From the NCBI GenBank assembly GCA_002269645.1, contig NIVC01003476.1:32098-96097 (forward strand): DNA of 64,000 bases, read 5' to 3'. The stretch comes from Macrostomum lignano (Eukaryota). Within the stretch, counting starts at the first letter, position 1; each line of letters starts with the position of its first letter. This document shows positions 13,490 to 25,300 of this stretch, in pieces. The translations under genes and the position numbers were made by a program. The notes below the pieces were generated by a model. It searched no databases, was not told the DNA's origin, and saw only the letters and a list, made by a program, of their open reading frames with translations.

Positions 13490-14340
13490 GCAAGAATTGC
13501 CCCCAAACCTCAGTAGGAATCGCCCCCAAACCTCAGTTAGAATCGCCGCCAAATATCAGTAAGAATCGCCCCAAACCTCAGTAAAAATCGCCCCCAAACC
13601 TCAGCAAGAATCGCCCCCAAACCTCAGCAAGAATCGCCCCAAACCTCAGCAAGAATCGCCCCCAAACCTCAGTAGGAATCGCCCCCAAACCTCAGTAAGA
13701 ATCGCCCCCAAACCTCAGTAAGAATCGCCCCAAACCTCAGCAAGAATCGCCCCAAACCTCAGCAAGAATCGCCCCAAACCTCAGCAAGAATCGCCCCAAA
13801 CCTCAGCAAGAATCGCCCCAAACCTCAGTAAGAATTGCCCCAAAAATCTCAGCAAGAATCGCCCCAAAAATCTCAGCAAGAATCGCCCTAAAAATCTCAG
13901 CAAGAATTGCCCCAAAAATCTCAGCAAGAATCGCCCCAAAAATCTCAGCAAGAATCGCCCTAAAATCTCAGCAAGAATCGCCCTAAAAATCTCAGCAAGA
14001 ATCGCCCTAAAATCTCAGCAAGAATCGCCCTAAAAATCTCAGCAAGAATCGCCCTAAAAAATCTCAGTAAGAATCGCCCTAAAAATCTCAGCAAAAATCG
14101 CCCTAAAAATCTCAGCAAGAATCGCCCTAAAAATCTCAGCAAGAATCGCCCTAAAAAATCTCAGCAAGAATCGCCCTAAAAATCTCAGCAAGAATCGCCC
14201 TAAAAACCTCAGCAAGAATCGCCCTAAAAATCTCAGCAAGAATTGCCCTAAAAACCTCAGCAAGAATCGCCCTAAAAATCTCAGCAAAAATCGCCCTAAA
14301 AATCTCAGCAAGAATCGCCCTAAAAATCTCAGCAAGAATC
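13490..14340. repeat. 21-23-bp minisatellite AAACCTCAGCAAGAATCGCCCC upstream of ACBD5
   Basis: About 38 copies with gradual unit drift along the array. Confidence 0.95.
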
Positions 14341-14544
14341 GCTCCCTAATATTAAGTAATTTTTATAGCATTTCACAACCAATCGCTCATTTCGGCATAG
14401 ATCTTGAAGCAATTTGAATGATTTTATTACACATTTCAGCTCATCTTCAAGCGATTGTCAATCAGTGAGTTCAGTGAATCAAAAAAGCTCCTATAACTGT
14501 ACTGTATTCGAAGTGCGAAATTAAGCTCTGCTGTAAATTAAGCC

Positions 14545-16248
14545 ATGTCAGCAGACACCAGTCCAGACTCCCAGCATCGTAATGCCTCATCTCGCAGTCC
14601 GCTAGCCCAGTTCGAGGCCGCTGTACAAGTTGTTGACAGTCTGCCGCGCGGCTCATCTAGCCAATCGGTTGCTATGCAAGGTTTCAAGCCGTCAACGGAT
14701 TTAATGCTTCGCTTCTATGCTCTATATAAGCAGGCTAGTAACGGTCCCTGCCAGCAGCCAAGGCCGGCATTCTGGGATCTGATTGGCAAAATGAAATGGG
14801 ATGCCTGGCGCGCGCTAGGCGACATGCCTCGCGAACGCGCCATGCTGGAATATTCTCGCCAGCTTCGCACTGTGATTGAAAGCCTGCCAAACTCGTCTCC
14901 AGCTGTTAGCGGACTAATTGACAAAGTTGCCAACTTCTATAGGCTTGTTGACGATGATGATGATGATCAGGAGTCTGAGGTTAAACTCGGCCTATTATTA
15001 GCCAATCGGATTCGATGTCGAAGCGGCGGTCATTTGGATGCAGAATCAGCCGCCGCCGCAGATTTAGATGTCAATTCCAATTTTCTAACGCAATCGTTGC
15101 CGCCTAAAATCACTAGTAGTAGTAGTAGTAATGATAATAGGAATGGCTTTCTAAGAAATAGTCAGCCTAATCCGCGCCGGAGACAAGCGTCGGAAACGTC
15201 AGTTTGGCCTGCGGCGGCGGTAGTGGCGTCAGCTGCTGTCGATCCAGAACATCCCGACCGAGGCGGCAGCAGCAGCAGCAGCGACAGCGACAATGACGAA
15301 TTCTGCGATTCCTACGACAATTTTGTACAGCCATTTGGCGATGATCAGCCGGGTGACGTCACCGGCGGTCAGCAGCCTTCGACTTCACCTTCATCTGCAT
15401 CTGCCTCAGGCGGCGGCGGTCACCAATCAGCTGGGCGTCGTCAAGGTCGTCAGCAGCAGCAGCAGCCTCACATCCAGCAGGCCTCCGAGCAGCTCCAGAC
15501 ACTGGCTAGACCCCATCGGGGCTGGCCGCCAGTGCTGGACTGTCAGGCGTGGGGTGGAAGGTCCGTTGGCCACGGACACGAAAGCTGGAATTCCGGCCCC
15601 TCTGCTGGGGTTGACCCTGGTGGACCTGGTGGCAGGCTCACCGACATGCCCTCTGCACACTCACGCGGCGACGCGGTGGTGCAAGGCCCCTGTCCTATGG
15701 TGAGCGGGGCATTGACGGCTGGCTGTGCCATGTTGCAGTCAGACCGTTCCCGTAGGCCCATTGACCAGGTGACCCAGCGGGGCCGGCATCAACAACAACA
15801 ACAACAACAGCAGCAGCAGCAGCAGCAGCAACTGCCTTCGGCTTCTAGCTTCGAGAATAGCAACGGGTTGTCATGGCAACCGCCGCCGCCGCCGCCGCCT
15901 GATCCTACTGGCCGCTCGGCAGCTGCTGCATCGAGCTTCGAACTTGAGCGCGAACTAGTCGGCCAACTGAGGCACATCCGAGCCGCTCTGGATCGTCTGT
16001 CCGGCGATCTTGGACAGATTCACACCCGTCTAGACAGGCTAGAACGAACTAGTCATAAAAGTGCATTGTCGGACAGCTCCGGCAGTTTCTACTGCTGGTT
16101 TCAGCGGTGGCTGTTCAGCGGCAGAGGTGTCGGCGGCTTGTCGGTACCGGCGCTGCTGCTGCTGCTGGCCTGGCCTGTGCTCGTCCAGCTGCTATGGCGG
16201 CTGCCCTGGAGACGGCTGCGACAGAGGAGGGGTCGGTTGGCCCTCTGA
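14545..16248 (+). CDS. ACBD5: Acyl-CoA-binding domain protein, ACBD5/ACBD4 type: N-terminal ACB domain, FFAT-like motif, coiled coil, C-terminal tail anchor; 567 aa
   Basis: ACB motif LRFYALYKQASNGPC..RPAFWDLIGKMKWDAW. Acidic SDSDNDEFCDSYDNF matches the FFAT-like motif of ACBD5. Heptad-like LRHIRAALDRLSGDLGQIHTRLDRLE. Hydrophobic VPALLLLLAWPVLVQLLW followed by a basic tail. Single open frame. Confidence 0.88.
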   Translation: MSADTSPDSQHRNASSRSPLAQFEAAVQVVDSLPRGSSSQSVAMQGFKPSTDLMLRFYALYKQASNGPCQQPRPAFWDLIGKMKWDAWRALGDMPRERAMLEYSRQLRTVIESLPNSSPAVSGLIDKVANFYRLVDDDDDDQESEVKLGLLLANRIRCRSGGHLDAESAAAADLDVNSNFLTQSLPPKITSSSSSNDNRNGFLRNSQPNPRRRQASETSVWPAAAVVASAAVDPEHPDRGGSSSSSDSDNDEFCDSYDNFVQPFGDDQPGDVTGGQQPSTSPSSASASGGGGHQSAGRRQGRQQQQQPHIQQASEQLQTLARPHRGWPPVLDCQAWGGRSVGHGHESWNSGPSAGVDPGGPGGRLTDMPSAHSRGDAVVQGPCPMVSGALTAGCAMLQSDRSRRPIDQVTQRGRHQQQQQQQQQQQQQQLPSASSFENSNGLSWQPPPPPPPDPTGRSAAAASSFELERELVGQLRHIRAALDRLSGDLGQIHTRLDRLERTSHKSALSDSSGSFYCWFQRWLFSGRGVGGLSVPALLLLLAWPVLVQLLWRLPWRRLRQRRGRLAL

Positions 16249-16306
16249 TCCCTCAGGTGGCTGGCTAAACGGTCGGTGCGAATATTGGTGAGAATGTGAT
16301 GGCCAT

Positions 16307-16750
16307 GATTCTAAGAAATCACTCAAGATTCTGAGATGGATAGGATTCTAAGAAATCACTCAAGATTCTGAGATGGATAGGATTCTAAGAAATCACTTAA
16401 GATTCTGAGATGGATAGGATTCTAAGAAATCACTTAAGATTCTGTAATGGCTAGGATTCTAAGAAATCACCCAATCAAGATTCTTTGAGGGCCAGGATTC
16501 TAAGAAATCACCCAATCAAGATTCTTTGAGGGCCAGGATTCTAAGAAATCACTCAAGATTCTGAGATGGATAGGATTCTAAGAAATCACTCAAGATTCTG
16601 AGATGGTTAGGATTCTAAGAAATCACTCAAGATTCTGTGATGGATAGGATTCTAAAAAATCATCCAATCAAGATTCTGGGATGGATAGGATTCTAAGAAA
16701 TCACTCAAGATTCTGAGATGGATAGGATTCTAAGAAATCACTCAATCAAT
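16307..16750. repeat. 37-bp minisatellite GGATTCTAAGAAATCACTCAAGATTCTGAGATGGATA
   Basis: About 12 copies just 3' of the ACBD5 stop codon. Confidence 0.93.
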
Positions 16751-17145
16751 ATTCTTCGAAGGCCAGAAGCTCACTCAAATATTACTAACATTTTTTAAAA
16801 TATTCGAAATTAGCCAGTGTTTTCGCCTCGCTTTTTCGGACTTGGATTGGACACAAATATTGAGGCTTACACAGACAAGCTTTTGTCGCTCCTACAGTCT
16901 CCCTCACGGTGTGATGTTGCAATGATTCTTAATGTCTTATTTTAGCCTGACAAAAATACTCTTGTGCTGTCTTTCGTTAATTTGCCTGTAATTTTCCCCG
17001 TGTTTTGTACTGCAAATAGCTTTGAGACTATCCTAAAAAATGATTTTGTGATTAGCCGATTAAGTCTCTATTCTTCTGTCTCTTGTTTTCTATTGATTTC
17101 CGAATCAATAGGTTGTAATTTTTACAACCTTTGAACTTTTTATCT

Positions 17146-17742
17146 CTGCTACCCTCCCTCAGAGTCCTTCATTTGGTCACTGCTACCCTCCCTCAGAGTA
17201 ATTCATTTGGTCACTGCTACCCTCCCTCAGAGTAATTCATTTGGTCACTGCTACCCTCCCTCAGAGTAATTCATTTGGTCACTGCTACCCTCCCTCAGAG
17301 TAATTCATTTGGTCACTGCTACCCTCCCTCAGAGTAATTCATTTGGTCACTGCTACCCTCCCTCAGAGTAATTCATTTGGTCACTGCTACCCTCCCTCAG
17401 AGTAATTCATTTGGTCACTGCTACCCTCCCTCAGAGTAATTCATTTGGTCACTGCTACCCTCCCTCAGAGTAATTCATTTGGTCACTGCTACCCTCCCTC
17501 AGAGTAATTCATTTGGTCACTGCTACCCTCCCTCAGAGTAATTCATTTGGTCACTGCTACCCTCCCTCAGAGTAATTCATTTGGTCACTGCTACCCTCCC
17601 TCAGAGTAATTCATTTGGTCACTGCTACCCTCCCTCAGAGTAATTCATTTGGTCACTGCTACCCTCCCTCAGAGTAATTCATTTGGTCACTGCTACCCTC
17701 CCTCAGAGTCCTTCATTTGGTAACTGCTACCCTCCCTCAGAG
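17146..17742. repeat. 34-bp highly homogeneous minisatellite CTGCTACCCTCCCTCAGAGTAATTCATTTGGTCA
   Basis: About 17 copies with essentially identical internal units. Confidence 0.97.
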
Positions 17743-18329
17743 AGTCATTTATTGGTTCTACACTAGAGTTAAACCATCCAATTTTATGCACTGTCATATT
17801 TTAATTTATGATTTCAGTAGATTAACTATAATTTATGCATAGGTTTAGGTCCCTATAGTATGCGCAGTCAACTTACCCCGAGAGCTTGTATATTGTAGGT
17901 CCTGTAAGGCAAAATCATTTTTCTCAATCATTCAAATCGTATCCATTGGTCTTTTGCGCATAATTTTCAGTATTTCTTCATGCATATTTTTGTAATTCGT
18001 ATTAATTCTAATTTAGTACGTGTAATAACAGTATAAAAACGTGGCTAATATGTGATTGATATAATTGCGAGATCTATTGTCATCTAATAGGCTTACACCC
18101 CAACCCTGTAATTTCAATATCTATTACTCAACACTTGTGTATATTCGTAGTTTTACGCATCTATGCGTTTATAAGCTAGTATAGTGCGTTAACTTTTTTC
18201 TGCTATCATATTCAGAATTATATGTGATTTTATCTCTGTTGATTGTTGTTGGTTAACTATATGTATTGTCTTTGCGTTGTTTTATACATTTATTAGAATT
18301 CCTGTCAGGTAGGTTAAGTAGTAACGCTC

Positions 18330-19230
18330 AGAATTTAGTGTCAGATGGATCATTAATAAGTGTCAGGATTTAGTGTCAGATGGATCATTAATAAGTGTCA
18401 GGATTTAGTGTCAGATGGATCATTAATAAGTGTCAGGATTCAGTGTCAGATGGATCATTAATAAGTGTCAGGATTTAGTGTCAGATGGATCATTAATAAG
18501 TGTCAGGATTTAGTGTCAGATGGATCATTAATAAGTGTCAGGATTCAGTGTCAGATGGATCATTAATAAGTGTCAGGATTTAGTGTCAGATGGATCATTA
18601 ATAAGTGTCAGGATTTAGTGTCAGATGGATCATTAATAAGTGTCAGGATTCAGTGTCAGATGGATCATTAATAAGTGTCAGGATTTAGTGTCAGATGGAT
18701 CATTAATAAGTGTCAGGATTTACTGTCAGATGGATCATTAATAAGTGTCAGGATTTAGTGTCAGATGGATCATTAATAAGTGTCAGGATTTAGTGTCAGA
18801 TGGATCATTAATAAGTGTCAGGATTCAGTGTCAGATGGATCATTAATAAGTGTCAGGATTTAGTGTCAGATGGATCATTAATAAGTGTCAGGATTTACTG
18901 TCAGATGGATCATTAATATGTGTCAGGATTTAGTGTCAGATGGATCATTAATAAGTGTCAAGATTTAGTGTCAGATGGATCATTAATAAGTGTCAGGATT
19001 TAGTGTCAAATGGGTCATTAATAAGTGTCCGGATTTAGTGTCAGATGGATCATTAATAAGTTTCAGGATTTAGTGTCAGATAAGGTCATTAGTATTCTAA
19101 GTGTCAGGATTTACTGTCAGATGTATCATTAAAAAGTGTCAAGATTTGTTGTCAGGTAGGTCATTAATGTCAGGTTTTGTTGTCAGGTAGGTCATTAGTA
19201 ACTGTCAGGATTTAGTGTCAGCTGCCATTA
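18330..19230. repeat. 35-bp minisatellite GTGTCAGATGGATCATTAATAAGTGTCAGGATTTA
   Basis: About 25 copies, ending about 80 bp upstream of the beta-catenin-like ATG. Confidence 0.96.
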
Positions 19231-19309
19231 GTGTCAGAATCCGTTAGATTTAGGTATATTTATTTGCCACAATAAATTGCATGCCGTCTACTCCGAAGCT
19301 GTCAGCAAA

Positions 19310-22300
19310 ATGTCAACATTTCGGTCTTCTTATCGCGAAGCAACAACGCCTACAGGTGCATCAGCTGCAGCTGGTCCGGTAAACTTCAGCGCCAGCTTAG
19401 ATCGTCAATCGGTTTCCATGGATACGCTGAATAGACAGATGCACAGAGGCAGAGCTGTGAGGGTCAGGCAGGCTCTGTTTCCCGAGACTGTTGGTGCAGA
19501 GGCTGAGCAGATGGCTGGCTTGGAGACACTCACAAGAGGTCGGCGGAGACTGCCAACCAGTGTGCAACAGTTGGCTGAACCGGCGCAGGTGAGAGAGTGA
19601 TAATAAAACTTGATGTGGTTGCACCGGTTGTAATTATAAAACTACTTGACATTTGTTTCTCCAATGTATTTTCGGAATTGTTTTCAAAATCTATTTTTAG
19701 AATCGCCTTTTGTAATCGTCTCCAATCTATTTTTAGGATGGCTCTTCAGTCTATTTTCTTAGAATCGCCTTCTAATCTATTTTTAGAATCGCCTCCCACA
19801 TTCTATTTTTAGATTGGTCCTCTAATATATTATAAAAAATCGCCTTCAAATCTTTTTTTAGAATCGCCTCTCCCAATCTATTTTTAGAATCGCCTACCCA
19901 ATCTATTTTTAGAATCGCCCTTTAATCTATTTTTAGAATCGCCTCTCCCATTCTATTTTTAGAATCGCCTACCCAATCTATTTTTAAAATCGCCTCTCCC
20001 ATTCTATTTTTAGAATCGCCTACCCAATCTATTTTTAGAATCGCCTCCTCCAATCTATTTTTAGAATCGCCTCCTTCAATCTATTTTTAGAATCGCCCTA
20101 CAATATATTTTTAAAATCGCCCTCTTTTCTTTTTTTAAAATCGCCCTTTAGTCTATTTTTATAATCGTCTTCAATAATTGGTTTTTAATCTTAGATTACA
20201 TGAGAACATTTCTTTTTTGGAGTTGCCCTGTTTAAAGCCTAACCAAAATAACCCTTCTTTAACCCCTTGCTCACGAACCGCCCTCTGCACAATGTACCCT
20301 TCTCCCTAATCCCCGCAGATACTTCGCACAGCCGTAGTCAATCTGATCAATTACCAAGAGGACGCAGACGTGGCACTGCACGCGGCAGCGGAACTGGCTC
20401 GCCTGCTAGGCAGCTCAGATCCGGTCACCTGTCAGCGGGCCGCCTCCCTGACTCTGCAATTGTCTAAGAAGCAGGCCTGCCGATTGGCATTCGCTGTTCA
20501 AGTCGATCTCATTGAGGCCCTACTAATAGTAGTGCAAACTGCACAGTCGGTTGAGGCGCTTCGATTCGCTGTTGGCGCCCTGTGCCACATCTGTCAGGCT
20601 GAGCAGGGCTGCGCCACTGTTTATCAGTGCGGCAGAGTTCGCGCCGTGCCTGAACTGCTGCGCTTGTTGGGTGAGGTCACAAACGGCGGATGGGGAGAGG
20701 CTGGGAGCTCAGAATAACTACCTAACAGCAGGTGATGAAGGAGAGAGGCTGGGAGTAGCTACTCAGCAGCCAGATGATGAAGGAGAGAGGCTGATCGAGA
20801 GTAGCTACTCAACAGCAGGTGATGGAGGAGAGAGGCTGATCGAGAGTAGCTACTCAACAGCAGGTGATGGAGAAGAGAGGCTGATCGAGAGTAGCTACTC
20901 AACAGCAGGTGATGGAGGAGAGAGGCTGATCGAGAGTAGCTACTCAACAGCAGGTTATGGAGGAGAGAGGCTGATCGAGAGTAGCTACTCAACAGCAGGT
21001 GATGGAGGAGAGAGGCTGATCGAGAGTAGCTACTCAACAGCAGGTGATGGAGGAGAGAGGCTGATCGAGAGTAGCTACTCAACAGCAGGTTATGGAGGAG
21101 AGAGGCTGATCGAGAGTAGCTACTCAACAGCAGGTTATGGAGGAGAGAGGCTGATCGAGAGTAGCTACTCAACAGCAGGTGATGGAGGAGAGAGGCTGAT
21201 CGAGAGTAGCTACTCAACAGCAGGTGATGGAGGAGAGAGGCTGATCGAGAGTAGCTACTCAGCAGCATATGGTGCGATAGGTGTAATGTAGTCAGTGTTT
21301 TGTATTCATATAACTATATCGTATGTACAATGCCAATGCCGCACAGGTAGCACGGATGTCCGCACCCGGAACTACGCTCTCACCTGTCTGCACCACCTGC
21401 TGGTTCACCTGGAGGAGGTGCGTAACGAAGCCAGGATGGCTTCCGGTGCTCAGGTGCTCTCTGAGCTGCTTCTGAGCATTGTGTCCACCAGCTGGCAGCA
21501 AGCCTCTGTGTCCTCGCCTCCGCCACCGATGTCGCCGCCACTGTCTGCAGCTTCCACAGGTTCCGGTTCGGAAGCTCAGCAGCAGCAGCAGAAACTGATG
21601 GCCGTGTGCATTGACTCTCTGCAGTTGCTGGCTTTTGGTATGCATTTGTGTTGTGATGAGGTATATTAATACATCAAGTACATGCAGGAGGTCTGTGGGC
21701 ACCCTTGCGGAACCCTTGTGTTTACAAGAATTTTATTATAAAATATTACGTAAGAATAGTTGGATGACGTCACGTCCTTTTCCCGACAGCCAATCAGGAG
21801 AGCAAACTGGTTCTGCTAAGCTGCGGCGCTGTGGACCAGCTGGTTAATTTATTGCTAACAAGTCGTTACGAGAAGCTGCTATTCTCGACTAGTCGCTTAT
21901 TAAAAGTGCTATCGGTTGAGCCAAGCTGCAAGTCAGCCATATTAGCCGCAGGCGGTATGACTGCTCTGGGACGGCACTTGAAATCGACTGGCTCGGAGAG
22001 ACTGGTTATGAATGTGCTCTGGACTATTAGAAATCTTAGCGATCAGGTAAAAGTGTTTCACCTGGAACCCTACCCCTTTCGCCTGGAATCTTACCTGTTT
22101 CACCTATAATCCCACCTGTTTCCCTGGAATCCCACCTGTTTCCCCTAGAATTCTACGTTTCCTCTTGAATCCTACATGTTTCCCCTGGAATCTTACCTGT
22201 TTCACATGGAATCCTACCTGTTTCCCCTGGAATCCTACCTGTTTCCCCTGGAATCCTACCTGTTTCCCCTGGAATCCTACCTGTTTCCCCTGGAATCCTA

Positions 22301-25300
22301 CCTGTTTCCCCTGGAATCCTACCTGTTTCAATTGGAATCTTAGCTGTTTTACTTAAAATCCCACCTGTTTCCCCTGGAATCTTACCTGTTTCACCTGGAA
22401 TCTTAGCTGTTTTACTTAAAATCCTTCCGGTTTCCCCTGGAATATTTCCTGTTTTCGCTTGAATCCTTCCTGTTTCCCTGGAATATTTCCTGTTTTCGCT
22501 TGAATCTTTCCTGTTTCACATTGAATCCTACCTGTTTTGCATAGAATCCTACCTGTTTTACATGGAGTCCTACCTGTTTTACATGGAATCCTACCTGTTT
22601 CCCCTGGAGTCCTACCTTTTCCCCTGGAATCCTACCTTAAGGATCCCACTTGTCTTAATTTTACCAACACTAAAACTACAGGCCTTCACACTGAATCAGC
22701 CGCTCGATCAGCTTCTAGTAGACCTAATCGGCCTGTTAGCTTCGCCGGACATCGACTGCGTCACCTGCGCGGCGGGCATATTGTGCAACTTGACCTGCCG
22801 AAATCGACGAAATAAATTTGTTGTCACCTCGTCTGGCGGCGCCGGCGCTCTATCGCAAACTCTCCTAGCTGCCCAGGATCGCGAAGAGATTGCCGAACCG
22901 TTAATGTGCGCCCTGCGTCATATTACTCACGATCATGAACAGGTCAGTAGTGCATGTGTAAGCATCTTATTGTCAATTTTTATCGAAAACTCAAAAAACA
23001 TCAGTAAACAGTCTACAACCACTTTGAGAAATATAGTTAAAGAGTCGCATTCTCGGTCCTCTCAATCTGATTGGACGACACGCTGCCAGCCAATAGGCGT
23101 TCGCGAAGCTTCTGAATCCAGCCAACCTCGTAAATACCATATTATTTAGGCTTGCGCAGCTGCCGATGCTGTTCTATCGCACGGGCTGGCCTGCACTCTT
23201 GGCGAGCTGCTACATCGGGCGGCTGTCGTTGCCGATGCCACCACCGTGGGAGTCGGCGTCAGCGTCGCCAACGACGAGCCAGGAGGTCCCGCTGCCAGTC
23301 GGCCGTTGGTGAAGGTCAGTGCTGGCTAGTTGACATGGCACCTTTTCTTTGGATCCTTTCTTCAGCTTTTGTGCTGCTTCATCCTTGAATCTGCTTCTCC
23401 GCTCCATCAGTGCTTGAGAATCTGCTTCTCCGCTCCATCAGTGCTTGAGAATCTGCTTCTCCGCTCCATCAGTGCTTGAGAATCTGCCTCTCCGCTCCAT
23501 CAGTGCTTGAGAATCTGCTTCTCCGCTCCATCAGTGCTTGAGAATCTGCCTCTCCGCTCCATCAGTGCTTGAGAATCTGCCTGTCCACTCCATCAGTGCT
23601 TGAGAATCTGCCTCTCCGCTCCATCAGTGCTTGAGAATCTGCCTCTCCGCTCCATCAGTGCTTGAGAATCTGCCTCTCCGCTCCATCAGTGCTTGATAAT
23701 CTGCCTCTCCGCTCCATCAGTGCTTGAGAATCTGCCTCTCCGCTCCATCAGTGCTTGAAAATCTGCCTCTCCGCTCCATCAGTGCTTGAGAATCTGCCTC
23801 TCCGCTCCATCAGTTCTTGAGAATCTGCCTCTCCGCTCCATCAGTGCTTGAAAATCTGCCTCTCCGCTCCATCAGTGCTTAAGAATCTGCCTCTCCGCTC
23901 CATCAGTGCTTGAGAATCTGCCTCTCCGCTCCATCAGTGCTTGAGAATCTGCCTCTCCGCTCCATCAGTGCTTGAGAATCTGCCTCTCCGCTCCATCAGT
24001 GCTTGAGAATCTGCCTCTCCGCTCCATCAGTGCTTGAGAATCTGCCTCTCCGCTTCATCAGTGCTTAAGAATCTGCCCACCCTAAAAACCCCTCCCCGAT
24101 CTCCACAGGCCGCTCTGGGCCTCTGCCGGAACCTGTCGCTCCACGCTGCCGGCCGCGCCGCCCTCCACGCCGAGTCCGTCCCTGCCGCAGCCTCCGCCAT
24201 CGCGGCCGCCACTTTGGCTCGCGGCATCGACGCCCTCCTCGACGATGCCGGCTCGATAGCGTCTGCTGGCGGCGCCGACGACGGCGTCAGAGCCGAGGAG
24301 GTCCTTGAGGCCGCCCTGGCCTGCCTGCACTCTCTTGCCGGCGAGGGCGACGGCGAAACCGACCCGATCGAAGCTCGCCGCCAACGTGACGCCGTAGCAG
24401 CCGCGGTGCGCAGCCGGCCGGGCCTGCCCGACTCTGTCGCCGAATTGGCCGCCGGCGGCGTTGTCGGCAGCAGCTGCGTCGGTCCGGCTGGCGACCTGCT
24501 GGAACGTCTGGCTACGGCGAATGCCGCCACTGGTTCAACTTCGGCTACGCTGCAGCGCAGGCCAGCTGTGGAGCTGACGGATGAGCAGCAGCAGCAACGC
24601 CATCTCAGCGACAGATCTTCCGTTCTTGACGTTCCAGACGTTTCCGTCCGGCCCTACCGATACGGTGAGGAGAACTCCATGCCCCCACTCCAGCCACACA
24701 CACTGAGAATCGCCCCCACTCCAGCCACACACACTGACAATCGCCCCCACTCCAGCCACACACACTAAGAATCGCCCCCTCTCCAGCCACACACACTGAG
24801 AATCGCCCCCTCTCCAGCCACACACACTGAGAATCGCCCCCACTCCAGCCACACACACTGAGAATCCACACACACACACTAAGAATGTGGGGGGATCCCC
24901 CCACACACACTGAGAATCCCCCCACACACACTGAGAATCCCCCCACACACACTGAGAATCGCCCCCACACACACTGAGAATCGCCCCCACTCCAGCCACA
25001 CACACTAAGAATCGCCCCCTCTCCAGCCACACACACTAAGAATCGCCCCCTCTCCAGCCACACACACTGAGAATCGCCCCCACTCCAGCCACACACACTG
25101 AGAATCCCCCACACACACTGAGAATCCCCCCACACACACTGAGAATCCCCCCACACACACTGAGAATCGCCCCCACTCCAGCCACACACACTGAGAATCC
25201 CCCCACACACACTGAGAATCCCCCCACACACACTGAGAATCGCCCCCACTCCAGCCACACACACTGAGAATCCCCCCACACACACTGAGAATCCCCCCAC

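Noticed and set aside
17146-19230. CRISPR-like appearance of the regular 34- and 35-bp arrays
   Set aside because: Units are head-to-tail with no unique spacers, there are no cas genes, and the context is eukaryotic.
20551-21291. 246-aa ORF with [15 protein letters not shown] repeats
   Set aside because: It lies in beta-catenin intron 2 and is the 45-bp array read in an open frame.
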